From Octopus sinensis (taxonomy: Eukaryota): DNA of 64,000 bases. Position numbers and translations under genes: made by a program. Location: assembly GCF_006345805.1 (NCBI RefSeq), contig NC_043006.1, positions 101,060,001 to 101,124,000 of the forward strand, in the 5' to 3' direction. This document shows, piece after piece, positions 51,310-63,700 of this stretch (the stretch's first letter is position 1; each line of letters starts with the position of its first letter). The notes under the pieces were generated by a model that made no database searches, had not been told where the DNA came from, and saw nothing but the letters and a program-made list of their open reading frames with translations.

Positions 51310-51510
51310 ACGGGAAGGTTTAGGAAAATAAACAAAAGACGAAGGCAGGTGGAGTACAAACAAACAAATGTATTAGTATGGCGCTCAGGAATAGAAATAG
51401 AACAAGTCTTTTACGTTTCGAGCCTACGCTCTTCGACAGAAAGATACACAGAAAAAAACAAGCAGAGAAAAAAATGCGTGTAGGAGCTAACGATCTATCA
51501 TGGCATCCTC
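51310..51510 (-). mobile_element. ~200-bp Penelope-derived/retrozyme-like element
   Basis: Homologous to 3075-3290; flanked by (TA)n on both sides. Confidence 0.65.
51407..51444 (-). ncRNA. Minimal type-I hammerhead motif, A6U core variant
   Basis: TCTTT-CTGTCGA-A-GAGC-gtag-GCTC-GAA-ACGT-A-AAAGA; helices I and II pair perfectly. Confidence 0.65.
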
Positions 51511-51581
<71 letters not shown>

Positions 51582-51585
51582 TATA

Positions 51586-51652
<67 letters not shown>

Positions 51653-52102
51653 TGGTGCTAACCTTCAGATGCCGAAACCCACCTCTGATGGTTGCACCTT
51701 GTTATGGTGGAGGGTCTTGCATAGACTGATGACCACCCTTGGCTGCAAGGTCTGCCTTTGACTACAAGGTCAAAGATGAGGACCCAGACCACCACTACCA
51801 ACACCACAAGAGCCCCCAGTGGTGGAACAAGCAGATGATTACAACAGATCTCAATGCTTGAACCAGTGGATGAAGAGCCCTACACATGATGGACATGCTA
51901 CTCAAAACTATAACCAGGTCAGTGGTTGTCCATTTCAGTTTTACTACTGGATCCTACATATCTTAATCTATATGTGCTGCAGAGAAAGATCATGAAATCA
52001 AACGCATAGGTCACTTCCTGGCAAGTTAAGGCCCACCTTAAACAAATTCACACAAGTGTCGCTTTCTTCTACTTTGATTGTTTTTTTACCCATATATATA
52101 TA

Positions 52103-53352
52103 CAGGGTGTGATGATTAAATTGTTGCCATTTTATATTTTTAATTTTGTTCATGCACATTGTTTGTTTTTGATTTTGTCAACTACACAGTATAGTAGGGT
52201 CAGTTGGGCACCATCTGTGAGTAAAAAAACAGCACCATGACACAATTCGCTCTGCCAGAAAATTGGGAGCAACATGCAGTGCTGCTTGGCATTCACATAG
52301 GAAGCTCCAATATGAACAACTCCAGTGTGCTTTGATGTCAATCTGAGGAGAGTGCAAAGGATTCGGAAAGAGTTGAATGAGTCTAATAGGGATTACAAAA
52401 GTCTGACAGCTCGGAAAACTCACTCTGATCGTTCTGATGAGAAAAGAACTCCTGAATTATTCGCTGAGATCTGGGCCATGATTGACAACGATCCCTCTTA
52501 GTTCATCAGGCCCATCGTCAGGGACATGGGAGTGTCTGAGTTTCTTATCAGGCAAGTAGTGCATGAAAACATTTGGCATTCCTCATAGATGAGAAAGGGC
52601 CAATTTTTATCCAAAGCCATCAAGGACAAGAGAAAAGACTGTGTTATGATTCTTTTGAACAAACTCAAGCATCCCCACCAACTGAACATGCTTTGATTTT
52701 TCCCAGATGAGAAAAATTTCTGCCAGAATCAGATGGTAAACAGACAGAATGACCGTTGACTTGCCATGTCCCTAAAATATGTACCGAGAGTGATAAAAAT
52801 CAAACATCCAGTCAACATCATGGTGTTCGGAGTGATCACTAGTGATGACAACGTTATGCTTCTATTCCTCTTCCCACACAACCTCAGACTCAACATGGAG
52901 GCCTTACATCAAGTGCCTGGAGAAGGTAGTGCTGCCTTGGGTCAAGAAGGTGGCTGCTGCAAGACTCTATGTCTAGCAATTTCTGCAACCACATCACTTC
53001 TAACATCTGGTCACCTAACTCCTCAGACTGCAACCTCCTTGATTATTATGTGTGGGGCACAGTTGACTGAGAGACCAACAAAACTCCTTGTAACACCAAA
53101 GATGAACCGAAGGCAAGAATTGCGGCAGCATTCACCAACTTAGATAAGTAGACTATCCAAAAGTGTTGCAGGAGATTCCGAAGTCATCTGGAGGCTGTGG
53201 TTGAAGCCAATGGCGATTTTGTTGAATAGATTTACTCTTTGGTATTTCAAGATACTTTAATGTAATTTTAGTAAATATATCAGTTAAAATGAGATGTCAG
53301 TGTTATTTTCATTTTTGCATAATTTAGACAACAATTTATTCACCGCACCCTG
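52103..53352 (+). mobile_element. Full-length (1250 bp) decayed maT-like DD37D transposon
   Basis: TA|CAGGGTGTGATGATTAAATTGTTG...CAACAATTTATTCACCGCACCCTG|TA; FPDEKNFCQ, IMVFGVITSD, DCNLLDY remnants. Confidence 0.88.
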
Positions 53353-53959
53353 TATATATACATATATATCATCATTATCATCATCATCAGTATCATTTAA
53401 CATCCGTCTTCCATGCATGTATCATTAGGATATCACTGTGCAACAAATTTCAGGTTCATAAAAAGTACAAGTTAACCCTGAAACTGGCTCTGGCTCTGAG
53501 TACAAATGTCTTGTTTTCATAAATTTTGAATTAAAATCTTCCACCAAACCTTAGTCACAATTTGTGTTCCTAAAACTAGCTGAATGATAACTAAGTTATT
53601 TTACTAAATTCTTTGTTATATCTAAAATAATTGAAAGAAACACAGAACACAGATCATCTCAAAATAAATACAGTAACGAAAGGGTTAAGTAAGACTTGTT
53701 TCTAGGTCAAAAAATTGCCCTGATTCTGATTCTGAGCTTTATTTCTCCAGATTAGGCACCGTTTTCCTGTACCATGAACCATATGTTTTATAATATACTG
53801 CATAATATTGCATATTGAACACAACATTGCAAATACTGAAAGTTACAGAAAACAAAACAAAAAATTTAGTTGGTATAACAAAACATTTATTGGTTATGAA
53901 TTGAAAACACACCTGTCAGTTTAAACAACATTTGTCCTTCTAAGCCTCTTGTGCGGAGT

Positions 53960-55582
53960 GTGATCTTCTGTTTTTTTATACCCCAGCAGTAGTCTGCCAA
54001 CATGCCAGGGTTCCATTTTCCTTTGAATCGTCACTCCATCACTGAAATATCCTCACGGAATCTTTCACCATGTTCATCACTCACATCACCAAGATTTTCA
54101 GCAAAAAGATCCAAATGCGAGTGAAGCACATGAACTTTTAGAGACACTTTTACATCCCATATCATGATAATGACTCAGCAGATCATTCACAACAAGCACA
54201 TAGTCTTCTGAATGATAGTTGCCCAGGAAGTTATCGCAAACTTTCTTGAATGACTCAAAGGCAAGCTTCTCTTTTCTCATGAGATGTGTGATGAAGGTTT
54301 CAGCAAGTACAATTTTTCGAATTTGGGGACCTATGAAGAAACCTTCTTTAATTTTAGCTTGACTCAGGAAAGGGAACTTTTCTGCAAGATATGCAAATGC
54401 GGAGGAATCCTTGTCCAAGGCTTTCACAAATTGCTTAAACAAACCAAGTTTAATATGTAAGGGTGGTAAAAAAATTCTATCACTTTTCACAGGGGGTTTG
54501 TGCATGATGTGTTTACCTTGCTCAATTTCATCTCAGATCGACCAATCCTTGCATACATAATGTTCAGCTCTTGCTCTGGAATTCCATAAGCATAAGAAGC
54601 AGCAAAATTTAGTATAGCCAAGCTGAAGGCTAGTCAGCATGGCCACAACCTTAAAATATGTGCAAATATGCCAGGTATGGTTATCATACTGTATGTTTGT
54701 TAGAATTGCTTTCAGATTTTTATATGATTCTTTCATGGTTGTGCTATAAGCTATGGGAACAGAAGGTAGAGTGTTACCATTGTGTAGCAGAACAGCTTTG
54801 ATGTTGTCCTAGGATGCATCTATGAAAAGTCGCCAGTTGGTTTTATCCTATGGTATTTCCAGTTGCTCAAAAAGTTCAGTGATGTCATTACAAAGGCATA
54901 AGTCATCCTTCATGGCGAATAATGCAAGCAGATCCTCTTTACTTTTTCTGTACAGTGTTATCTTCACTCCTTTCTCAAGAAGATTATGTTCTTGAAGCCT
55001 TGATGCCAGAAACTCACTTTTCTCTTTGGTTAAATAGAGATCCCTACACAAGTCATTTAGAGCCTCTTGAGAAAATGGCATTGGTTTATTCTCGCTTTCT
55101 GAATCACTGGACTCTACACATTCACCACTGGAATATTCATCAGCACTGTTGGAATTCTGCATTTCTTGATCTGGAGATTTGGGCACAGGTAAATTTTCTG
55201 ACTGCTCTACAGGGTGCATTGCTGATTGCAAATTTGGGTAAACAATATGTTTCTTTTTCTTTGCTGTAGTACAGCCTGTAAAGTCATGGTGACTGAAATA
55301 GCAATCATTAAAGTGATCTTTCTGCCCACACCAAATCATTGGCACACAAAACTTCATGTGAACATTTTCTCCTGCATACCAAGCACTCAATGCTTTCACA
55401 CATATAAGGCAACGCACGTGAGGAGCCCATGTCTTATCCTGCTCTCCTAAGTAACAATCGCAATACGCCTTGTATATTTTCTTGACAAGGTGTGTAATAC
55501 TGCGCTTTTCTTTAGCAAAAGTCAATTCCCCACAGATATAAAAGAATCTGTTTGGATCATTTTTGCACTGCCTTGCACTCAT
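53960..55582 (-). pseudogene. Chapaev3-like transposase pseudogene with stops and frameshifts
   Basis: ORFs 54848..55594, 54533..54736 and 54098..54505 are collinear; the second catalytic D appears mutated (ICTYFKV for ICGDLKV); polypyrimidine-CAG acceptor at about 55602, just upstream of ATG 55582. Confidence 0.8.
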
Positions 55583-55659
55583 TGTTGAAAACAAATAAGA
55601 TCTGAAAGATAAAAAATAAAATTAAACACAAGCTTTGAATCACATTGTAGGTGTTAATA

Positions 55660-56065
55660 AGATTAGTTAGTTAGTTAAGTTAGTTAGTTAATTTGGCTCA
55701 AAAGCAAATAGCAAGGCCATGTAGGGGAACATGGAGTTAAGTACAGGGTGGTGTTCATGTAAAGAGTTCAGGCCACTTGAGGTCAGGGAGGCTTTGAACA
55801 AAGCGGTCGTCGGCATCTTCACCATCTCGTCTGGCAGCTTGTTCCACGGATCCGCAACCCGGACGGAGAAAGCTCCTCTCCTTCGATTGAGATGAAATCG
55901 TCGCAGGTAGAGCTTTTCGAAATGACCCCGCAGCCGACGCTCTGGAGCAGGAGTGAAAAACAGCTCTTTCGAGAGGTTACACTTTCCTCTTATGATGTTG
56001 TGGGCGAGAATGAGATCACCACGGCGACGGCGTTTTTCAAGAGAATAAAGGTCGAGCGTCCTCCC
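55660..56065 (-). mobile_element. CR1-clade LINE 3' fragment with (TAAC)n tail
   Basis: LDLYSLEKRRRRGDLILAHNIIRG..RLRGHFEKL..FSVRVADPWNKLP..FKASLD. Confidence 0.88.
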
Positions 56066-56114
56066 AGCCCTGGGCTGAAACCCATTTTACAATGCGGTAT
56101 AATGACAAAGGTGA

Positions 56115-56342
56115 CAAGCTGGCAGAAACGTTAGCACGCCGGGCGAAATGCGTAGCCGTATTTCATCTGTCGTTACATTCTGAGTTCAAATTCCGCCGAG
56201 GTCGACTTTGCTTTTCATCCTTTCGGGGTCAATAAATTAAGTAGCAGTTATGCACTGGGGTTGATATAATCGACTTAATACCTACGTCTGTCCTTGTTTG
56301 TCCCCTCTGTGTTTAGCCCCTTGTGGGTAGTAATGAAGTAGG
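56115..56342 (+). mobile_element. SINE family B, full length
   Basis: GCTGGCAGAAACGTTAGCACGCCGGGCGAAATGC...GTGGGTAGTAATGAAG. Confidence 0.9.
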
Positions 56343-56691
56343 TATAATGACAAAAAGAGTATATAGTGACAATTCTGTAGAAACCATGCCTAATTCAACA
56401 AAAAGAAGGCCAGAAATGGATTTCCCATGTCATTTTGCATATAAAAATGGCCACAGATCTCTTGTACTTTTTTGAGTGTTGCACAGTGTAATTGACAAGA
56501 GCCAGTCAAGTACAAAAAATACCCTGGGCTATTGTATCTGTTTTGGCAGGGATTTTATGGTTGGATGCCCTTCCCAAAAACTTTTGTAAATAAGTTATTT
56601 TTTATTAAACATAACTAATCCTGGAACTTTTTGATACCACCTCATATCCATATGAACATGTTTCAGAAAGCACACACACATGTATATGTAT

Positions 56692-56731
<40 letters not shown>

Positions 56732-56910
56732 GTAAAATAATATGGGACAATTATTCGGTAGCCAAGATAAAACTCTGAGTTTCGGATGCCGAGGTGAAAA
56801 TCCACAACACCATCACCTCGGTTACAGATAAATTTCCTCTATTTACATAATATTGAGGTCTCTTTCTTTCTTTTGTTATCTTACCGTTTTTACCAATATA
56901 TATATATATA

Positions 56911-57297
56911 TGTGGAGGCACAATGGCCCAGTGGTTAGGGCAGCGGACTCGCGGTCATAGGATCGCGGTTTCGATTCCCGGACCGGGCGTTGTGAGTGTT
57001 AATTGAGCGAAAACACCTAAAGCTCCATGAGGCTCCGGCAGGGGATGGTGGTGATCCCTGCTGTACTCTTTCACCACAACTTTCTCTCACTCTTACTTCC
57101 TGTTTCTGTTGTACTTGTATTTCAAAGGGCCGGCCTTGTCACTCTCTGTGTCACGCTGAATATCCCCGAGAACTACGTTAAGGGTAGACGTGTCTGTGGA
57201 GTGCTCAGCCACTTACACGTTAATTTCACGAGCAGGCTGTTCCGTTGATTGGATCAACCGGAACCCTCTTCGTCGTAACCGACGGAGTGCTTCCATT
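56911..57297 (+). mobile_element. SINE family C, full length
   Basis: GTGGAGGCACAATGGCCCAGTGGTTAGGGCAGCGGACTC head with A/B boxes; flanked by (TA)n. Confidence 0.9.
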
Positions 57298-57299
57298 TT

Positions 57300-57335
<36 letters not shown>

Positions 57336-58604
57336 ACAAAACAGGCTGCTTCTTTATCCATTATCCATCTACCGGTTTTTACTCGCAAACTATTAGTCAA
57401 ATCATCATCCCATGGCTACACAGGATACCAGCTGACAGTACTTACGCAGCAGGACCAAACTCCAATATTGTGATAATGAAGCAAACTTCTGAAGCAGGCA
57501 CCCATGAGTGCATCTATGGTTAACCATTAAGAAATAAAGCAGAAAGCTTATGTAATGATAACTGTGTTTTTATAAAAGGTTTACATAACGCTTCTATACT
57601 GTAATTGTTTCTGTTTGAGTATGAGATTGATCTTAGATCAAGTCACTTGCCAAACAGTAAATATATCTTCGAAAATAAAAAGAACAAAACAAGCATTGAC
57701 AGCTGTCAGCTTTTACATCTGAAGACAATCGTGCGAAAAGAGATCCCGTATTTAGTGTTCCCATATGATTTAGTAGACCGGATGTGATTCACTCATTAAA
57801 TTACATCCAGTATATACAAATGCGAATGAACAGTTGTCATTAAAATTGGGGAAAAAACGAACATCTAGTAAAAATAAATACACAGATAATCCTGGATGGA
57901 TTTATATCACTGCTTTGTGAAATACATGAAATAAATGTTTTCAAGTTTGAAACTGATTTAACGAGAAATAGATAAACGATTTAATTATTTATTTGACAAA
58001 TTAATCCCTTGATAATAACTATTGCTGATCCTTCTATCATGTTGGTATTTGTTGGCAAATGCTACACACACACACACACACACACACTTACTCACACATA
58101 CACACACATACACATGCATACACACATATATTTTGGTGTATCATAGTTAAATGGGTGTCTATTTGGAAAAAATCAATCAAAATGTTTATGGTCTATAAAA
58201 AAGGATTATCTAATTATCTATCAAGTTTGTCATATTTAACGAAGGAAATGTCTCAAAATATTAAAATGTCCTTCCTCTTACCAATATTATTCATGAGATA
58301 ATAAATTATCATGCCAATGTGAGTGCCTCTACGTGGTTGCTTGAGATGCAAGAAATAGCTGTCAAATCTCCTTCTGATCACACTGCACCCTCTCAAAAAA
58401 AAGGACACTTGCATCATGTGTTCCTTTTAAACTGGGAAAAGATGAGATGACCACATCTGATCTGAGATGACCACACCTCTGATCATAGGTTTACTTGATT
58501 CAGATGGATCTGGGACTAAACAACAACAACAAGATCAAACAGCCAGTATTTTTCAGCCGTTCCAGCCATGACTACCTTTTTTGTTTTCATGTATATTATG
58601 ATAT

Positions 58605-58810
58605 TTTCAAGCTGGCAGAATTGTTAGCATACTGCACAAAATGCTTAGTGGTATTTCGCCCGTCACTATGCTCTGAGTTCAAATTCTACGAAGGTCCACT
58701 TTATCTTTCATCCTTTCAGGGTCAATAAATTAAGTAGCAGTGAAACACTGGACTTGATATAAATGACTAATTCCCTCCCACAAAATTTCAGTCCTTGTAC
58801 CTTTAGTAAA
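58605..58810 (+). mobile_element. SINE family B, decayed
   Basis: GCTGGCAGAATTGTTAGCATACTGCACAAAATGC head. Confidence 0.8.
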
Positions 58811-58899
58811 AAGTAGTATTTCTGAGCTTTCGTTATCCAGTATATTCTTAAAGACAGTAGGGTAAAATACGAAGGAGATTGGCTGCTATTTATTTCTTT

Positions 58900-59900
58900 A
58901 TTTGTGGGGTCTGGAAGAAAGGGCAATGCCTGTACCCTTCACAGTTCCTTCTGGACCAGTGACATTGATACCATTAATGTTCCTCTTGAATATCTGTAAA
59001 TGAACACTAGCAGGGAAAATATGAGCAGAGAGGTAATTCCAGGGGGCCAATGGTCAGGAAAAAAAGGACCGGGTGTAGTTATCAGGTTATCAGTGCAGGG
59101 GCTGGTGGAGTTGCACACAGCTAAAGTGATGAGAGAAGGAAAGACGAGTGGGTAGAGCAATACTTTATTGTGGGCTTCATCTGAGGTTTGTAGAATACCA
59201 ATAATTATTAGGAACTGAAGTATCTCCCAGCCCTAAAGAAAAGGACTGGTTGTTGAGATGTAGTCCTTTGTAGATTAAGGATATGCTTTTGAGATCTTCA
59301 GTGATTGCAAGCCAACAAGTGGAGTAGCACTCTAGCTGAGTGCTGCTCATGATGAGATGGTGTATGCTGCAAAGATATTTTCTTGAGTATTTTTGTCCTT
59401 TTTAAAGAAATAAGATTGACATATGAATGACGTATGACTGTCAGAGTGGAAATAAAATGAGCAAAGGTGAGAAGTTTTCAAATGACAAGCAGAGTCCAGT
59501 ATATTTGCAGTAGAAAAAGCAGAGAGAGGAGGCAATGTGCCTGAAGACCAGAGGCAAGAGTCTGTATGCGGTCGATTTTAGACCAATAAGTTACGTGGCT
59601 TCTCTGGTTATGAAGAGAAGGAAGAGAGTGTAAGACAAAAACTAAACTAGAAGGCAAGTCAGAGTTGATAGAATGATGGTAGAAAGAGGTCTACAAATGA
59701 GGCAACCTGATAGGAAGCTACTGATCCAAGAGATGAAAGCTGGTTGACATCTATGGATAGGAAGTATGCATGCTAGACGGTCAAAAGCTTTGTCAAGCAT
59801 GATGATATTTCTTTCCCCAAATTACTTCAAGGCAAGGACCCACAACCTGAGTGCCAAAGGAAAGTAGATTTACCAACAAATTTGGTTTTATGGAATCCAT
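58900..59900 (-). mobile_element. Heavily decayed L2/CR1-group RT fragment
   Basis: QYGFH, LDKAFDR, FISWISSFLS motifs on the minus strand. Confidence 0.55.
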
Positions 59901-59904
59901 ACTG

Positions 59905-60235
59905 ATGGCGCATGGCTCAGTGGTTAGAGTGTCGAGCTTACGATCGTGAGGTTGTGAGTTCGAATCACAGACCAGGCTGCACGTGGTCTTGAGCAAGACA
60001 CTATATTTCTCATTGCTCCAGTTCACTCAGCTGTAGAAATGAGTTGTGACGTCACAGGTGCCAAGCAATATCGGCCCCTTTGCTTTTCCCTTGGATAACA
60101 CTGGTGGTGTGGAGAGGAGAGGCTGGTATGCATGGGCGACTGCTGGTCTTCCATAAACAAACTTGCCCGGACTTGTGCCTGGGAGGGTAGCTTTCTAGGT
60201 ACAATCCCATAATCAGTCATGACCGAAGGGGGTCT
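59905..60235 (+). mobile_element. SINE family D
   Basis: GGCGCATGGCTCAGTGGTTAGAGTGTCGAGC; B-box GAGTTCGAATC. Confidence 0.88.
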
Positions 60236-60569
60236 CAGCAGCAACTGATGGTCAATAAAGAGGAAAAGAGAGAGAAAAGGATAGGCATTGAAATATATTA
60301 TTGCTAATGGCTATCTCTATAACCTTAGAGATATTAGGAGTCATTAGATATTGTAAGTCAATAAAATATAAGGTATTGCGAGTCAAATGACCAGTGAAAG
60401 CCCCTAAATCATAAACACGGCTACAATGCTACCCCTGTAACTTGTACCTTGTTGCTAAGCCAACCGACTGTGTGCCAATTAAGCAACTTGACTGAGACTG
60501 ATCTGGAGTTCCGCATCAATCCTATTTCTCCCATCCACACTCTACAAAATATAAAGAACACATACACAT

Positions 60570-60661
60570 ACTTACCAACTATATGGTTCTAGGTTCAGTC
60601 CCACTGCATGGCACCTTGGCAAGTGCCTCAGGCTAACCAAAGCTGAAAGCCCATCGTGTTT

Positions 60662-60692
<31 letters not shown>

Positions 60693-60930
60693 AGTGTGTG
60701 CACGTGCATGTGTGCCTGTTTGTGTCTTTGTGTTTGTGTTTGTTCCCTACCATCAACTGACAACTGTGTATTTACATCCCTGTAACTTAGCACTTTGCCA
60801 AAAGAGACCAATAGAATAAATTCCAGGCTTTATAAAAACATAGTAAGTATTGGGCTCAGTAATTTCAGATAAAATTTTTCAAGGTGGTGCCCCAGCATGG
60901 TCACAGTCTAATGACGGAAACAAGTAAAAG
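60570..60930 (+). mobile_element. SINE family A, decayed
   Basis: CTTACCAAC..ATGGTTCTAGGTTCAGTCCCACTGC head; tail GCCCCAGCATGGTCACAGTC. Confidence 0.8.
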
Positions 60931-61039
60931 ATTAAAAAAATAAATGATACAAAATATCAGTACATTCAACAGGTTCTCTTTAACCCCAAATATTGTGGTG
61001 GGAACACACTGCTAATGATAGGTGTATGGTGTACAGAGG

Positions 61040-61944
61040 GGAGGGCTGAAAAGTTTGTGACTTTGGGGAAAAGAAAATACAGGAGGATCAGTTAAATACG
61101 ATTTTATCCAACATATTCCCCTCTCAGATTCACACACTTAGTGCAGTGGTCCTTCAGTTTTACTAAACCCTGTAAATGAACTCAGAAATTTTTGGCCCCC
61201 AATGAGTCATTTCATGACACTCTTAAGCCCAGCAACTTTTTAGTACCTCCTCGTGTGTGTGTGTATATATATATATATACACAAGAGAATTTTGAATGGA
61301 GACAATACTCCGTGTATAGTACAACTGTTTTTTTGCTCGTTTATGAGCTAAGGAGTAATAAAAAATTTTTTGTAGAAGATGAAAATTTCAGTTGTCAGTA
61401 TTTTACATCCAAAAAACGAAATCGTGCTTACAGTGGATGCAAAGTACTGACAACTGAACTGAAATTTTTATCTTCTACAAAAAAATTTATATATATATAT
61501 ATACAAAATTTAAAGGACTGACCACTAAAAGTGGACGTTCAACATGCTAGATGTAGACGTCGAATCGCTATTTTCCACAAAGAATATGTTCTCAAATAAA
61601 AAACTCAGTACAAACCAAAGCATTAAAAATAAGCAAGACAAATGAAAATATACGAAATAAAAATGATTACCCATGTACCGATCAGTTTCGATTGTTAATA
61701 TCCGCAAGGATAAACTGGAATCTCGTCAGCATGGTCTGTCATATTAGAAATACAATTTACAGGACTAGATGCAAAAACATTTGACCAGAGTCTCACATGC
61801 ATGGAGTCCAACTGATTATATTTTTGTGTATCTTTCAAATGGTCAGTCCTTTAAATTTTGTATGTAAAAATATTTTAATCTTTGGATTTTTTTAATATGC
61901 TGGGCCACTGGTTTTAAGTGATTAATATCAATTTCTACCCTTAT

Positions 61945-61982
<38 letters not shown>

Positions 61983-62165
61983 AGGAGGTGCTGAAAAGTT
62001 CCTGACTTTGTGCAAAAATAAATACAGGAAGATCAGTTAATTATGATTCTATTCAATATATTCCCCTCTCAGATTCACACACTTATTGGAGCAGTTCTCC
62101 AATTTTTCTAAGTCATGTAAAAGAACTCGGAAGGCCAGGCCTTTTATGATACCCTTAAAGTCAGG
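61040..62165 (+). mobile_element. Two mariner-like 5'-end fragments (about 61040-61235 and 61983-62165)
   Basis: Direct repeat GCTGAAAAGTT...GATCAGTTAA...ATATTCCCCTCTCAGATTCACACACTTA. Confidence 0.5.
61363..61488. repeat. Imperfect inverted repeat (~50-bp arms)
   Basis: AAATTTTTTGTAGAAGAT..TCAGTTGTCAGTA..CATCCA versus TGGATG..TACTGACAACTGA..ATCTTCTACAAAAAAATTT. Confidence 0.8.
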
Positions 62166-62354
62166 AACTTACCTATCTCCTTACCTGTCTACTCTGTGGC
62201 AACAAACATATGAAACAAACTCAGCAGTGGAGAGAGTGAGTCAATGAGAAGGGTTTTATGTACTCATTCAACCTGAAAGAAACAGCAGCCAAGCCACCTT
62301 CTCATTGCACGCTACATTAACGAACTTTTTAACATTCTTTGTTGAAATGTCGTC

Positions 62355-62640
62355 CATCATCATCGTTTAACATCCACTTTCCATGCTGGCATGGATTGGA
62401 CGGTTTGACTGGGGACTGGTGAGCCAGGTGGCTGCACCAGGCTTCAATCTGATCTGGCGGAGTTTCTACAGCTTGATGCCCTTCCTAACGCCAACCACTC
62501 TGAGAGTGTAGTGGGTGCTTTTATGTGCCACTGGCATAAGGGCCAGTCAGGCGGTTCTGGCAACAGCCACGCTCAAATGGTGTTTTTACGTGTCACCTGC
62601 ACAGGAGCCAGTCCAGCGGCACTGGCAACACCCTCGCTCA
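62355..62640 (-). mobile_element. RTE 3'-end fragment
   Basis: CATCATCATCGTTTAACATCCACTTTCCATGCTGGCATGG matches the RTE terminus. Confidence 0.85.
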
Positions 62641-62969
62641 CATGTTGTCTTTCACGTACCACTGGTGACTTTGTCATTATGAATCTGGTGTTGGGAATAT
62701 AACTTGAATGAAATTTTGAAGGAGGATTTTAATTTAGATTAATTTTAAAAAAGAAATTTGTCTTTTGTTATCTTGGATAGGCTGGAATCATAAAGAAAAA
62801 AATAAAAGGAAGAACACAAGACATTGAATAATATGGTTTTACCATGCTGAGTTGGGACTCAGCTAGGGTGCCTTCAGATTATAAGTCTACTTCATCAGAG
62901 TTTACCTGGGAGCAAGAAGTAATCAATAACAACAACAGGCACAAAAAAAATTGGACATTAAGTAAAACA

Positions 62970-63340
62970 TTACCAACCACATGGTTCTAGGTTCATTCCC
63001 ACTGTGTGGCGCCTTGGGCAGGTGTCTTCTACTATAGCCTCGGGCGGACTGGGGCCTTGTGAGTGGATTTGGTAGATGGAAACTGAAGGAAGCCTGTCGT
63101 ATATATGTATATGTATGTGTGTGTATACATTTGTGTGTTTGTGTTTGTCCCCTCAACATCGCTTGACAACCGACACTGGTGTGTTTATGTCCCCGTAACT
63201 TAGTGGTTCGGCAAAAGAGACCAATAGAATAAGCACTAGGCTTACAAAGAATAAGTCCTGGGGTCGATTTGCTCAACTAAAGGCGGTGCTCCAGCATGGC
63301 CGTAGTCAAATGACTGGAACAAATAAAAGAGTAAAAGAGT
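62970..63340 (+). mobile_element. SINE family A
   Basis: CCAACCACATGGTTCTAGGTTC...CAGCATGGCCGTAGTCAAATGACTGGAACAAATAAAAGAGTAAAAGAGTA. Confidence 0.88.
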
Positions 63341-63504
63341 AAATCCCCTTCAATGAAACTGCCTCTTCCTTTAAAATAAGGACCATGTTTTAAGTTTGAA
63401 ATGCAAAGAAAACATATCTCACAATGAAGACAGAATGACCACAAAACCTTTAACTGAGTGTTTCATTTGCTCACGTAACTTACCTCTTCTCTATAAAACT
63501 ATCA

Positions 63505-63700
63505 GAGAGATGCAGGTGAGGCTGTATGGTAAGAAATTTGCTTCCCAACCACTTGGCCCTGGGTGCAGTCCCACAGCATAGTACAAGCAAGTGTCTTCCA
63601 CTATAGCACCGACCTGACCAATGCTTTGTGAGTGGATTTAGTAGATGGAAACTGAAAGAAGCCCATTGTGTATGTGTGTGGGGGGGGGTCTGTGTGTGTG
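63505..63700 (+). mobile_element. SINE family A 5' half, decayed
   Basis: GGCTGTATGGTAAGAAATTTGCTTCCCAACCAC head. Confidence 0.75.

Larger units (their letters stand above)
53434..56488 (-). mobile_element. Chapaev3-like (CMC superfamily) DNA transposon with TIRs, decayed, carrying nested CR1 and SINE insertions
   Basis: TIRs CACTGTGCAACA..AAAAAGTACAAG at both ends; flanks TAT/TAA; Chapa-type Zn finger C..YICG..D..WAPH..C..C..W..H..CY; WRLFIDAS, GYTKFCCFLC, PPLHIKLGL, SDEHGERF. Confidence 0.8.

Noticed and set aside
56735-56900. CCGAGGTGA/TCACCTCGG hairpin followed by CCGAAACTC as a hammerhead
   Set aside because: The 5' CUGANGA half is missing; at most a truncated PLE terminus
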